Source: an uncultured Alphaproteobacteria bacterium
GTDB lineage: Bacteria > Pseudomonadota > Alphaproteobacteria > Rhizobiales > Afifellaceae
Direction of reading: 5' to 3'
Length of the DNA: 64,000 nt
NCBI GenBank assembly: GCA_963846475.1
Contig: CAWJVZ010000004.1
Location: 1,917,453 to 1,981,452 of the forward strand
Made by a program: the position numbers and the translations under genes. Positions 34,164-43,977 of this stretch are shown one piece after another (position 1 is the stretch's first letter; every line of letters begins with the position of its first letter). The notes below the pieces were generated by a model. That model saw only the letters and a program-made list of their open reading frames with translations. It was not told the DNA's origin and made no database searches.

Positions 34164-35431
34164 ATGAGGAAAATGCTTTTCGCCATGACGGCCGCTTCGG
34201 CCCTGGTGGCGCTTGCCGGGCTCGCCCGGGCGCAGGATTGCGAAATCAAGGTCGGCGTCGTCATGGAGCTGACCGGGCCGGCCGGCGAATACGGCCAGGC
34301 CGGCGCGAAATCGGTCGAGATGGCGTTCCGCGACATCAACGACGCCGGCGGCGTCAACGGCTGCAAGCTCGTCACCGACACGCGCGACTCGCAGAGCCAG
34401 GGCAATGTCGCGGTCGACGCGGCGACGCAACTCGTTCAGGTCGGGAAAGTGCCGGTGATCATCGGCGGCATCATCTCGTCGGTGTCGATCCCGATCCTCA
34501 CCTCGGTGACGGCCCCGGCCGGCGTGGTGCAGGTGTCGCCCGCCTCATCGTCGCCGACGCTGACCGCGCTCGGCCGCGACGGCAAGACCAACGGCGTGTT
34601 CTTCCGCACCATCACGTCGGATGCCCTGCAGGGAACGTCGCCGCCGCGAAATACGCGCTCGATCAGGGCCTGAAGAAGCTCTCGATCATCCACGTCAACA
34701 ACGATTTCGGCGTGAACATGGTCAAGGAGTTCTCCAACGCCTACAAGGCGCTCGGCGGCGAGATCGTCTCGGTGACGCCCTATAACGAGAAGCAGGCGAG
34801 CTATCAGGCCGAAGTGACCGCCGCGCTGGAGGGCGGCCCCGAGGCGCTCTACCTCATCTGCTACCCCGTCGACGGCGCCACCATCGCGCGCGCAGTGGAT
34901 CTCGCAGGGCGGTCCGCAGAAATTCCTGCTGAACGACGGCATGAACAGCGCCGATTTCATCGCCAGCGTCGGCGCGGAATATCTGAACGACGCCTTCGGC
35001 ACCTCGTCGGGCACCAACCCGACCGCCGTCGACCGAATATTTCAACGCGAACTACAAGGCCTTTTCCGGCCTCGAGCCGAGCAATCCGGCCGCCGACCGC
35101 TCCTACGACGCCGGCGCGATCGTCGGCCTTGCCATCGCGCAGGCGGGCTCGGCCGAGCCTGCCGCGATCAAGGACGCGATCCGCAAAGTGCTCGACCCGA
35201 ACGGCGACGGTGATCCACGCCGGCAAGGACGAGTTCGCCAAGGCGCTGCAGCTCATCAAGGAGGGCAAGCCGATCAAGCTATGAGGGCGTCATCGGCCCG
35301 GTCCAGTTCGACGAGTACGGCGACATCACCGGCCCCTTCCGGCTGTGGCGCATCCAGAACGGCGAGATCACCACGGTGGCGAGATGTCGACGGCCGACGT
35401 CGACGCGATCAAGGAGGAGATCGCCCAGTAA
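34164..35431 (+). pseudogene. LivJ-like (branched-chain amino acid type) ABC substrate-binding protein, several frameshifts
   Basis: The signal peptide and N-terminal domain (MRKMLFAMTAASALVALAGLARAQDCEIKVGVVMELTGPAGEYG...) are in ORF 33879..34673. The continuation AAAKYALDQGLKKLSIIHVNNDFGVNMVKEF... is in a second frame. Later pieces (MNSADFIASVGAEYLNDAFGTS...; ...AIKDAIRKVLDPNGD...; the tail ...DVDAIKEEIAQ) are in other frames. Confidence 0.7.
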
Positions 35432-35454
35432 GGCGGGCCTCCGGCTTTCTCTGA

Positions 35455-35480
35455 GGGCGCCCCTTGCGGCGCCCGTTTCC
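35455..35480 (+). terminator. rho-independent terminator-like hairpin
   Basis: gggcgcc-ccttgc-ggcgccc followed by gtttcc, directly after the LivJ-like gene. Confidence 0.5.
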
Positions 35481-35489
35481 TGAGAAAGA

Positions 35490-36987
35490 GTGGACATGCC
35501 GGTGACCGCACCTGAGCGCATCGAGCTGGCGCCCGGCCTGGAGATCAGCCGCATCGTCACCGGCCTGTGGCAGGTCGCCGACATGGAGCGCGACGGGCGC
35601 ACGCTCGATCTCGACGCGGCCGCCGCCGACATGGCGCGCTATGCCGAAGCGGGCTTCGACACCTTCGACATGGCCGACCACTACGGCAGCGCCGAAGACA
35701 TAGCCGGCCGTTTCAACCGGCTCGTTGCCGCCGGCCGGGTGAAGACGATCGGCAGCGCCGGCCCGGGCGCCTTCACCAAATGGTGCCCTACTCCGGGCGA
35801 GATGGACGCCGCCACGGTTCGCGCCGCTGTCGAGCGCAGCCTCCGCCGCATGCAGACCCCGAAGATCGACCTCCTGCAGCTGCATTGGTGGATGTTCGAG
35901 CATCCGGCCTATCTCGACGCGATGCGCGAGCTCGCTTCGCTCCAGGCCGAAGGTCTGATCCGCCATCTCGGCGTCACGAATTTCGACACCGATCACCTGC
36001 GGGTCCTGGTCAGGCAGGGCATTTCGCATCGCCTCCAACCAGGTCTCCTTCTCGCTGCTCGACCGCCGCGCGGCGGAGGAGATGACGCGCATTCTGCCTG
36101 GCTGAACGGCATAAAGCTCCTCGCCTACGGCACGCTCGCCGGCGGCCTTCTCGGCGAGAAATGGCTCGGAAAGCCGGAGCCTGCCGCTGCCGACATCGCC
36201 GATTGGAGCATGCAGAAATACAAGCGCTTCGTCGACCGGATCGGCGGCTGGGAAGTTCTGCAGGACCTGCTTCTGGCGCTCCAGACCGTTGCCCGCAAGC
36301 ACGGAGTCTCCATCGCCAACGTGGCGGCGCGGTGGGTGCTCGATCAGCCCGCGGTCGGCGCGATCATCATCGGCGCGCGGCTCGGCGAGCGCGAGCACCG
36401 CGCCGACAATCTCAGAATTTTCGCTTTCGAGTTCGACGAGGACGACCGCGCGGTGATCGACGCCGCACTGGCCAAAACCACGCGCATTCCCGGCGATTGC
36501 GGCCAGGAATATCGCCGCCCGCCTTACCTGACCGCCTCAGGCGATCTCAGCCATCACCTCCAGTCGTTCCCGAGCGTCTTCCAAGCGACGCCGCTGCCCG
36601 GCCGCCCGGAGCGGCTGCAGAATCGACAGCGGCAGCGTCTGGGAAGGCATCGCCGGCTACAGCCGCGCCGTCCGCATTGGCAAGCGCATCCTGGTCAGCG
36701 GCACGACGGCCACGCACGGCAGCGGCGAGGTGGTCTGCCGCGGCGATCCGCACGGACAGGCGGTCTATATCCTCGACAAGATCTCGGCGAGCATCCAGGC
36801 GCTGGGCGGCGCGCTCGACGACGTCGTGCGCACCCGTATTTATCTCCGTGATGCCGGCCAGTGGGAGCCCGTCGCCCGGGTCCACGGCCGCTACTTCGCA
36901 AATACCCGGCCCACGAACACGCTGGTGGAAGCCAATCTCGTCGGTGACTACGACGTGGAGATCGAGGCGGAGGCGCTGCTGGGCTGA
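35490..36987 (+). pseudogene. aldo/keto reductase apparently fused to a RidA/YjgF-like domain, three frameshifts
   Basis: AKR motifs are present (FDMADHYGSAEDI..., LLQLHWW..., GVTNFD). The segment IASNQVSFSLLDRRAAEEMTR is readable only in an alternative frame between about 36020 and 36100. The RidA-like part (IDSGSVWEGIAGYSRAVRIGKRILVSGTTATHG...TLVEANLVGDYDVEIEAEALLG) is in a third frame ending at 36987. No stop separates the two parts in the AKR frame. Confidence 0.6.
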
Positions 36988-37131
36988 GCGGCTGCGGCGG
37001 GGCTCGCACTCTGAAATTACCCGAGTTTTGCGAAGCGATTCTGCCCGATCGAATCCGCCGCGGTCCGGCGGAGGGGAACTTGACACGAGGGCCACGGGAA
37101 CTGACACGTCCGCAGGGCAGCGGGGCATTCG

Positions 37132-37893
37132 ATGATCCTTGAGGATCGGGTCGCAATCGTCACCGGCGGCGGCTCCGGCATCGGCCGCGCCGGTGCGGAG
37201 ATCATGGCGCGAGAAGGCGCGATCGTGGTGATCGCCGACCGCGACGCGAACGCTGGCGAGGACTCGGCCCGCCGCATCGTGCTCGGAGGAGAGCGATCTC
37301 TGGCGGTCCAGACGGATGTCGGCGACGACGAGGCGCTCGAGCGGCTGGTTGACCGGACGATCGCAGCGTTCGGCCGGATCGACATCCTGCACAGCCATGC
37401 GGGAATTCAGGTCGAAGGACCGTTGGAGCAGGTCGAGCCCGCCGGAATGGATGCCTCGTGGCGGATCAACGTCCGCGCCCACTTCATGCTCGCCCGCCTC
37501 GTGATGCCGACCATGCGCGCACAGGGCGGCGGCTCCATCATCGTGACGGCGTCCAATTCGGGGATCTTCTATGACCGCGAGATGATCGCCTACGCCACTT
37601 CGAAGCATGCGGCGGTCGCAATGGTGAAGCAGATCGCCATCGATTACGGAAAGCACAATATTCGCGTGAATGCGCTCTGCCCCGGCTGGGTGGACACGCC
37701 CTTCAATGACGCTTTCACGCGGCAGATGGGCGGCCGCGAGGCGCTGCTGCGCTATATTGAAGACAAGATCCCGATGGGCCGCTTCGCCAGCGCCGAGGAA
37801 ATCGCCGAGGCCATCCTGTTTCTCGCGTCCGGCCGCTCCTCGTTCATGACCGGCCATGCCCTCGTGGTCGACGGCGGCGAATGCATCGCATGA
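37132..37893 (+). CDS. SDR family oxidoreductase
   Basis: TGGGSGIGRA glycine motif, NSG, YATSKHAAVAMVK (YxxxK), PGWVDTP. Confidence 0.9.
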   Translation: MILEDRVAIVTGGGSGIGRAGAEIMAREGAIVVIADRDANAGEDSARRIVLGGERSLAVQTDVGDDEALERLVDRTIAAFGRIDILHSHAGIQVEGPLEQVEPAGMDASWRINVRAHFMLARLVMPTMRAQGGGSIIVTASNSGIFYDREMIAYATSKHAAVAMVKQIAIDYGKHNIRVNALCPGWVDTPFNDAFTRQMGGREALLRYIEDKIPMGRFASAEEIAEAILFLASGRSSFMTGHALVVDGGECIA

Positions 37894-37906
37894 CGTTCTT
37901 CGCGCG

Positions 37907-38917
37907 ATGAATCTCGTTTCGCTGCACGATCTTCACGAATATCGACGCCGCATCCCGACGACGGACCTTTATTTCCTCAACCCGGTGCGGCATCTTCGGC
38001 GTCACGACAAGCGCGCGGCCCAGCTGCCGCGCCTAAAGGCGATTGCCCCTAACGTCTTCACCATCGGCAGGACCGCCATCGTCAGCCGCTACGGTTCGCC
38101 GCGCGATGTCCAGCGGCTGCGGGCAATCGAAGTTCGCCAGATCGTTTATATCGCTGACGACGATTTCGAAGCGGGAGCTGCCGATCCGAACCTGCCGCCC
38201 GCCTACCGGGCCAAGCTTGCGGCGTTCGCAAGAAATGCCTGGCCGGCGCTGCATAAAGCGGCCGATGTCGTCATCGTCCCCAGTCCGGCGCTGGCCGCGA
38301 TCTACGGTGCCAAGGCGCGCATCATGCATCCAGCGTGGCCCATGTCACCGGCATCGACCGACCACTTCGCGCGGCCGCGGCGCATCGACATCGTGCATAT
38401 CGGAACCGGCTCGCACCGTGCCGATCTTGCTCCGATCGCCGGCGACCTCGTCGACGTTCTCAACACCCATCCGCATGCGCGGTTGACGGTTTTCGCCGGC
38501 GCGGACGCTCCCGAGGAACTGCGGCGTCACTCACAGGTGAGATCCCGCCGGCCGATGCCGTGGTGGCGTTACAAGCACGTTCTGCCGTGGCTCCGCTTCC
38601 ACCTCGCGCTGTATCCGCTGCAGGCAGGCCGGTTCAACGAAGCGCGATCCTCCAACAAGCTATTCGAGCAGGCGATTACCGGCGCCGCTGCGTTGATGTC
38701 GCCTGTTCCGGCGCTACGCGACGCAGCCGGCCCAAAACTTGCCGATCTGTTCGTCGACCGTGAGCCGCGCCAATGGCGCGCCCGCATCGAGAGCGACTTG
38801 GCGGACCTGGGTGCCGCACGCGAGCGCGCCGAGCGGACGCGTGCGCATATTATTTCCATGGATGCCATTGGCCAAGCTGCGGCCCAATGGCTTGATATCC
38901 TTAATGCGGACACATAG
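37907..38917 (+). CDS. hypothetical protein, possibly glycosyltransferase-like (polysaccharide cluster)
   Basis: Met at 37907 (MNLVSLHDLHEYRRRIP...). The C-terminal part ...NEARSSNKLFEQAITGAAALMS... resembles a GT-B C-terminal domain. The function call is weak. Confidence 0.5.
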   Translation: MNLVSLHDLHEYRRRIPTTDLYFLNPVRHLRRHDKRAAQLPRLKAIAPNVFTIGRTAIVSRYGSPRDVQRLRAIEVRQIVYIADDDFEAGAADPNLPPAYRAKLAAFARNAWPALHKAADVVIVPSPALAAIYGAKARIMHPAWPMSPASTDHFARPRRIDIVHIGTGSHRADLAPIAGDLVDVLNTHPHARLTVFAGADAPEELRRHSQVRSRRPMPWWRYKHVLPWLRFHLALYPLQAGRFNEARSSNKLFEQAITGAAALMSPVPALRDAAGPKLADLFVDREPRQWRARIESDLADLGAARERAERTRAHIISMDAIGQAAAQWLDILNADT

Positions 38918-38998
38918 AAGCGGCCAAGACGCGGGAAGGCTTCTTCCATCGTGCTGATGGCCGAGCGTCGCGTCTTCATTTCTCCAAGGCAGGCATTA

Positions 38999-40078
38999 AT
39001 GCGCATTCTAGTCACGGGCGGGGCAGGCTTTATCGGCAGCGCTGTCGTGCGCCGGCTGATCGGACAGACGGAGCACGTCGTCCTAAACGTGGACAAGCTG
39101 ACCTATGCCGCCTCGCAGGACTCGCTCGCTGCGGTTGCCGGCCATCCGCGCTACGGCTTTCGCAACCTCGACATCTGCGATCAGGCTGCGCTCGCCAAAG
39201 CTTTTCGGGACTTTCGCCCCGACGCAGTGATGCATCTTGCCGCCGAGAGCCACGTGGACCGCTCCATCGAAGGGCCCGAGGCTTTCGTTCACACCAACGT
39301 CGTCGGCACGACGCGTCTTCTGGAGGCGGCGCGTTGCTGGTTTTCCGAGCTTGGGGCGGATGCACGGCAAAAGTTCCGCTTCCACCACATCTCCACCGAT
39401 GAGGTGTTCGGCGCTCTGGGGCCAGACGATGAGCCCTTCTCCGAGACCACTCCCTACGATCCCCGCTCGCCCTATTCGGCAAGCAAGGCCGCCTCGGACC
39501 ACCTGGTGCGCGCCTGGTGGCACACATTCGGCCTGCCGGTGATTGTCACCAACTGCACCAACAATTACGGGCCGTACCATTTCCCCGAGAAACTTATTCC
39601 CCTCGTCATCATCAAGGCGCTGAGGGGCGAGAAGCTGCCGGTCTACGGAAAAGGCGAAAACGTCCGCGACTGGCTCTACGTCGAGGACCACGCGGAAGCG
39701 CTCGTCGCTGTGGTGGAGCGCGGAAGGCCCGGCCGTACCTACCTTATCGGCGGGGGGGCGGAGAAGAAGAACATCGAGGTGGTGAGGATGATCGCCGACC
39801 TTGTCGACGAGCAGGCGAAGCCGCTCGCCTCCGGGCGGCCTCGCCGCGAACTGATCGACTTCGTGGCCGACCGGCCGGGGCATGATTTCCGCTATGCCAT
39901 GGACATTTCGGCCATCGAGCGCGATCTCGGCTGGCAGCCGTCGCGGACCTTCGATGAGGGCCTTCGAGAGACCGTCGGCTGGTTCCTGGCGAATGAAGCC
40001 TGGTGGCGGCCACTGATCGAACGGTACAGGGGCGAGCGGCTCGGCGCCACACCCCAGCCGCAGCGCGCGAGGGTATGA
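38999..40078 (+). CDS. rfbB: dTDP-glucose 4,6-dehydratase
   Basis: [15 protein letters not shown]..., [48 protein letters not shown]. Confidence 0.93.
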   Translation: MRILVTGGAGFIGSAVVRRLIGQTEHVVLNVDKLTYAASQDSLAAVAGHPRYGFRNLDICDQAALAKAFRDFRPDAVMHLAAESHVDRSIEGPEAFVHTNVVGTTRLLEAARCWFSELGADARQKFRFHHISTDEVFGALGPDDEPFSETTPYDPRSPYSASKAASDHLVRAWWHTFGLPVIVTNCTNNYGPYHFPEKLIPLVIIKALRGEKLPVYGKGENVRDWLYVEDHAEALVAVVERGRPGRTYLIGGGAEKKNIEVVRMIADLVDEQAKPLASGRPRRELIDFVADRPGHDFRYAMDISAIERDLGWQPSRTFDEGLRETVGWFLANEAWWRPLIERYRGERLGATPQPQRARV

Positions 40079-40082
40079 TTGC

Positions 40083-40979
40083 ATGCGCGTGCTTGTCTTC
40101 GGGTCGACCGGGCAAGTCGCGCGGGAGCTTGGCCGGGCAGATTGGGAAAGCGGCACCGTAGTCTGCCGTCTCGACCGGGCCGCGGCGGATTTCGCCCGCC
40201 CCGGAAGTCTCGGACCGCTCGTTGACGCGCATGCGCCTGACGCCGTGATCATCGCCGCCGCGTATACGGCGGTCGACCAGGCGGAGGGTGAGGAGGACCT
40301 CGCCGCCCGCGTCAACGCCGCGGCTCCCGGCGTAATCGCCGCCGCTGCGGCACGGCATGACATTCCGGTGCTCCATGTCTCCACGGACTACGTTTTCGAC
40401 GGCACTAAGGACGGTCCATATACGGAGTCGGACGAGGTCCGCCCGCTGGGCGCCTACGGTCGGACCAAGCTCGCTGGCGAGGAGCGGGTGCGAGCGGCCA
40501 ATCACCGTCACCTGATCCTGAGGACCTCGTGGGTCTACAGTGCGCATGGAGCGAATTTCGTTCGCACGATGCTGCGGCTGGCGGCTACTCGCGCGGAGGT
40601 CGGCGTCGTCGTCGACCAACGTGGCTGCCCGACCGCAGCTGGCGACATTGCCGATGCGCTCGCCCGGCTCGTTCCGCAGATGCTCGATCCCGCTGCGCCG
40701 TCCGGCACCTATCACCTCGCCGGAGCCTCGGAAACGACCTGGCACGGCTTTGCCGAGGCGATTTTTGTCGAGCTCTCCGCGCGCGGGCTGCCGCGGCCTC
40801 GCAACAATCCGATTCGCACCAGCGATTATCCGACCGCGGCGCGCCGGCCCTTGAACAGCCGGCTCTCCAGCGACAGGATAGCCGCCGAATTCGGCGTGCG
40901 GCTGCCCGGTTTTGAGGCATCCCTGCCGGCGGTGTTGGACGAGCTCTTAGGCCCGGCCGAAGCGAAGGGCGCCGCATGA
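40083..40979 (+). CDS. rfbD: dTDP-4-dehydrorhamnose reductase
   Basis: [16 protein letters not shown]..., [41 protein letters not shown]. Confidence 0.9.
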   Translation: MRVLVFGSTGQVARELGRADWESGTVVCRLDRAAADFARPGSLGPLVDAHAPDAVIIAAAYTAVDQAEGEEDLAARVNAAAPGVIAAAAARHDIPVLHVSTDYVFDGTKDGPYTESDEVRPLGAYGRTKLAGEERVRAANHRHLILRTSWVYSAHGANFVRTMLRLAATRAEVGVVVDQRGCPTAAGDIADALARLVPQMLDPAAPSGTYHLAGASETTWHGFAEAIFVELSARGLPRPRNNPIRTSDYPTAARRPLNSRLSSDRIAAEFGVRLPGFEASLPAVLDELLGPAEAKGAA

Positions 40980-41848
40980 AGGGCATCGTTCTGGCCGGCG
41001 GCTCCGGCACCCGCCTGCATCCGATCACGCGGGCGGTGAACAAGCAGCTGCTGCCCGTCTATGACAAGCCAATGGTCTATTATCCCATTTCGGTGCTGAT
41101 GCTCGCTGGCATCGTGGAGATCCTGATCATCACCACGCCGGAGGACGTCGATCTCTACCGGAAGCTTTTCGGCGACGGTTCCCGCCTCGGCATCAAATTC
41201 GCTTATGCCGTGCAGCCGGACCCGGGCGGGCTCGCACAGGCTTTCATAATCGGCCGCGATTTCGTCGGCAACGACGCGGTAACGCTGGTGCTCGGTGACA
41301 ACATCTTTTTTGGGCACTCGCTCACCGAAATTCTGCGCCAGGCGACCGCCCGCCAGAAGGGCGCCACCGTCTTCGCCTATGAAGTGCGGGATCCGGAGCG
41401 CTACGGGGTCGTCAGCTTCGATGCGGACGGGCGCGTCGTCGGCCTGGAGGAAAAGCCCCAAGCACCTAAAAGCGACTGGGCGGTGACTGGTCTCTACGTG
41501 TACGACAACCGAGTAGTCGACGTTGCTGCCCAGCTGAAGCCGTCGCCGCGCGGCGAGCTCGAGATAACCGACGTGAACAGGGCTTATCTCGATTGGGGCG
41601 AGCTGTATGTCGAGCGGCTAGGGCGCGGCTTCGCTTGGCTCGATACCGGCACATGCGACAGCCTGATGGAGGCGGGCGAATTCGTCCGCACCATCCAGCA
41701 CCGCCAGGCGCTGCCGATCGCCTGCCTGGAAGAAATCGCCTTCCGGCAGGGCTGGATCGATCACGGTCAGCTGAGAAGGCTCGCCGCCGAACTCGCCAAG
41801 ACCCGTTACGGATCATACCTGACCACGCTGGCGAAGGCTGAAGCCTAG
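40976..41848 (+). CDS. rfbA: glucose-1-phosphate thymidylyltransferase
   Basis: [46 protein letters not shown]..., [24 protein letters not shown] overlap with rfbD. Confidence 0.94.
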   Translation: MKGIVLAGGSGTRLHPITRAVNKQLLPVYDKPMVYYPISVLMLAGIVEILIITTPEDVDLYRKLFGDGSRLGIKFAYAVQPDPGGLAQAFIIGRDFVGNDAVTLVLGDNIFFGHSLTEILRQATARQKGATVFAYEVRDPERYGVVSFDADGRVVGLEEKPQAPKSDWAVTGLYVYDNRVVDVAAQLKPSPRGELEITDVNRAYLDWGELYVERLGRGFAWLDTGTCDSLMEAGEFVRTIQHRQALPIACLEEIAFRQGWIDHGQLRRLAAELAKTRYGSYLTTLAKAEA

Positions 41849-41911
41849 CCTCGGCGCCAATGCGAAGTTCGAACTCGGGTTTCCACAGTCCGGCCGATAG
41901 ACTAAACGATC

Positions 41912-42619
41912 TTGGACTTGATCGCGGAGTGCATGAATGATCGTCGATTGGGACCGGGGCGCCGGGGAGTGAGCGACGAGCGTCAACCGCTCCGCCGGGA
42001 CTCTGACGAGCAGAAGGAGAATGCTGCTGCCATTGCGGAGATAGACGGCAAGCTGGCCAGGGTGCGCGAGCACATCGCTTTGCAAAATGCCGCGGCGAAA
42101 ACCGAGAGGCGGAGGTACCTGGCCGAGATAAAAGCTCTGCGGGATGAAATCGCCGGCCTCAAGGCCGGGCCACGCGTGCCGCTGCCAGGGCCGTTCCGGC
42201 GAGGCCTCGAAAGGTGGCGCGAAAAGCGGCGGATCCGCAACGAACTAAGAGAGTTGCGCAGAAGCGGTTTGTTCGATGCCGCTTGGTATACGGCCCGCTA
42301 CCGCGATGTCGGTCGATCCGGTATGGACCCGCTCTATCACTATCTGCGGTACGGAGGCTTTGACGGCCGCGATCCAAATCCGGACTTCAATTCCGACTGG
42401 TACTCCCGGACCTATTTGACGATAGTCGGCGGGCGCGTGAATCCGCTTCTCGACTACGTCCGCACGGGTTCCAAGTCGGGTCGCAATCCGAGCCCCTTCT
42501 TCCGCACTTGCTGGTACGTCGGCTTCCAGGCCGCAGAGAAATCCGAGCTCGGCCCGCTCTCGCATTTTCAGCGGCTCGGTCGCGGCGAAGGCCGCGAACC
42601 CATTCCGCTGCGCCCCTGA
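41912..42619 (+). CDS. hypothetical protein with coiled-coil N-terminus and three tandem ~30-aa repeats
   Basis: 235 aa. The repeats are DPLYHYLRYGGFDGRDPNPDFNSDWY, NPLLDYVRTGSKSGRNPSPFFRTCWY and GPLSHFQRLGRGEGREP. GC is lower than in the flanks. Confidence 0.55.
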   Translation: MDLIAECMNDRRLGPGRRGVSDERQPLRRDSDEQKENAAAIAEIDGKLARVREHIALQNAAAKTERRRYLAEIKALRDEIAGLKAGPRVPLPGPFRRGLERWREKRRIRNELRELRRSGLFDAAWYTARYRDVGRSGMDPLYHYLRYGGFDGRDPNPDFNSDWYSRTYLTIVGGRVNPLLDYVRTGSKSGRNPSPFFRTCWYVGFQAAEKSELGPLSHFQRLGRGEGREPIPLRP

Positions 42620-42787
42620 ACATCGAGGCGCAAGGTGCTGCGCGATCTGCTTCGACAAGTCCGCCGGAGGCGGCGAGACCCCGTCTCGGGAGAAGGCGTA
42701 CCGGGCGCGACGCAAGTCCGGCTTGGACGAAGCGCTGAGCCGCGTTCTGCTGCGCCGGGTGGGCGCTTCATAACCACGCTTGAGCGC

Positions 42788-43963
42788 ATGGCAGGGCGCC
42801 GGCCGGCTATCGTCGTGCCGATCCACAACGCGCCGGCCGAGGTGAACGCCTGCATAACGGCGCTGCTAAAGCACACGCCGGGCGAATGCCGGATCATCCT
42901 GCTGGAAGACGCCAGCCTCGATCCGCTTGTTGACGAGGTGCTGGCCAAATACCAGGATCGTCCCAGCATCGAGGTCCACCGTAACGAGTGCAATCTCGGT
43001 TTCACCCGGAGCGTCAATCGCGGGATCGAGATCGCCGGCGGCTCCGACGTGGTGCTTTTGAACTCCGACACAGAGGTGACGCCGCGCTGGCTGGAGAATT
43101 TGCGGCTGGCGGCATATTCGGGGGCGCGTGTCGCGACGGTCACGCCGCTCTCCAACAATGCCGGTGCCTTTTCCGCTCCGGTTCCCGGCAAGGACAATCC
43201 GCTGCCGGACTGGCTCGCCTTCGAAAATTACGCGAGGCTGATCACGCAAGTGTCGGAGCGAACTTACCCCTCGGTCCCGACCGGCAGCGGATTTTGCATG
43301 TATATACGACGCGATTGCATCGACCGGATCGGCTGCTTCGACGCAGAGGCCTTTCCGCGGGGATATGGGGAAGAAAACGATTTCTGCATGCGCGCGGCAC
43401 GCGACGGGTGGACGCATGTCATCGACGACGCGACGCTCATCTACCACGTGCGGTCCGCCAGCTTCGGCGATGCCCGTAACGATCTATTGCGGGCGGGGCG
43501 AGCGGTGCTCGACCGGCGCTACCCGGATTATACAGGCCTCGTCCGGCGGTTTGAAAAGAACCCGGAACTTCAACAAGTTAGGCAGAGGATCGGGGCGGCA
43601 CTGGCGGTCGATCCGGCCTCGCGGCGCGCCGTGAGGCCACGGATTTTGACAGTCGCGAGCGCCGCGCCCGACCCGCAAAGCTTGCCAGGCTGGGAGCCGC
43701 TTTCGATGGCCTATCGGCAGGGCTTCATTGAGCTTTTTGTGTGGGGCGACGCCGGGGAAGCGCCGCGACTCGTGGACCGCGCCGCCTTGGCGCCTGGTCC
43801 GGAGGCAATAATGGCAGGGCCCAACAGCGGTGTGGCAGGCATCCTCGCAGACTGGCTCGTGTATTATGCTATTGAAAGAACTCAGGTTTCCGATGCCGAC
43901 CCGCACGCTCATAGCTTGCGCGCCGTCTGCGAAAAGCTGAATATCCCGGTCGAGCCGGCCTAG
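42788..43963 (+). CDS. glycosyltransferase family 2
   Basis: Met at 42788. IVVPIHNAPAEVNACITALLKHT...IILLEDASLDP...NLGFTRSVNRG...VVLLNSDTEV...GFCMYIRRDC...EENDFCMRA. Confidence 0.85.
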   Translation: MAGRRPAIVVPIHNAPAEVNACITALLKHTPGECRIILLEDASLDPLVDEVLAKYQDRPSIEVHRNECNLGFTRSVNRGIEIAGGSDVVLLNSDTEVTPRWLENLRLAAYSGARVATVTPLSNNAGAFSAPVPGKDNPLPDWLAFENYARLITQVSERTYPSVPTGSGFCMYIRRDCIDRIGCFDAEAFPRGYGEENDFCMRAARDGWTHVIDDATLIYHVRSASFGDARNDLLRAGRAVLDRRYPDYTGLVRRFEKNPELQQVRQRIGAALAVDPASRRAVRPRILTVASAAPDPQSLPGWEPLSMAYRQGFIELFVWGDAGEAPRLVDRAALAPGPEAIMAGPNSGVAGILADWLVYYAIERTQVSDADPHAHSLRAVCEKLNIPVEPA

Positions 43964-43977
43964 GCCGGGCCGTTCGC

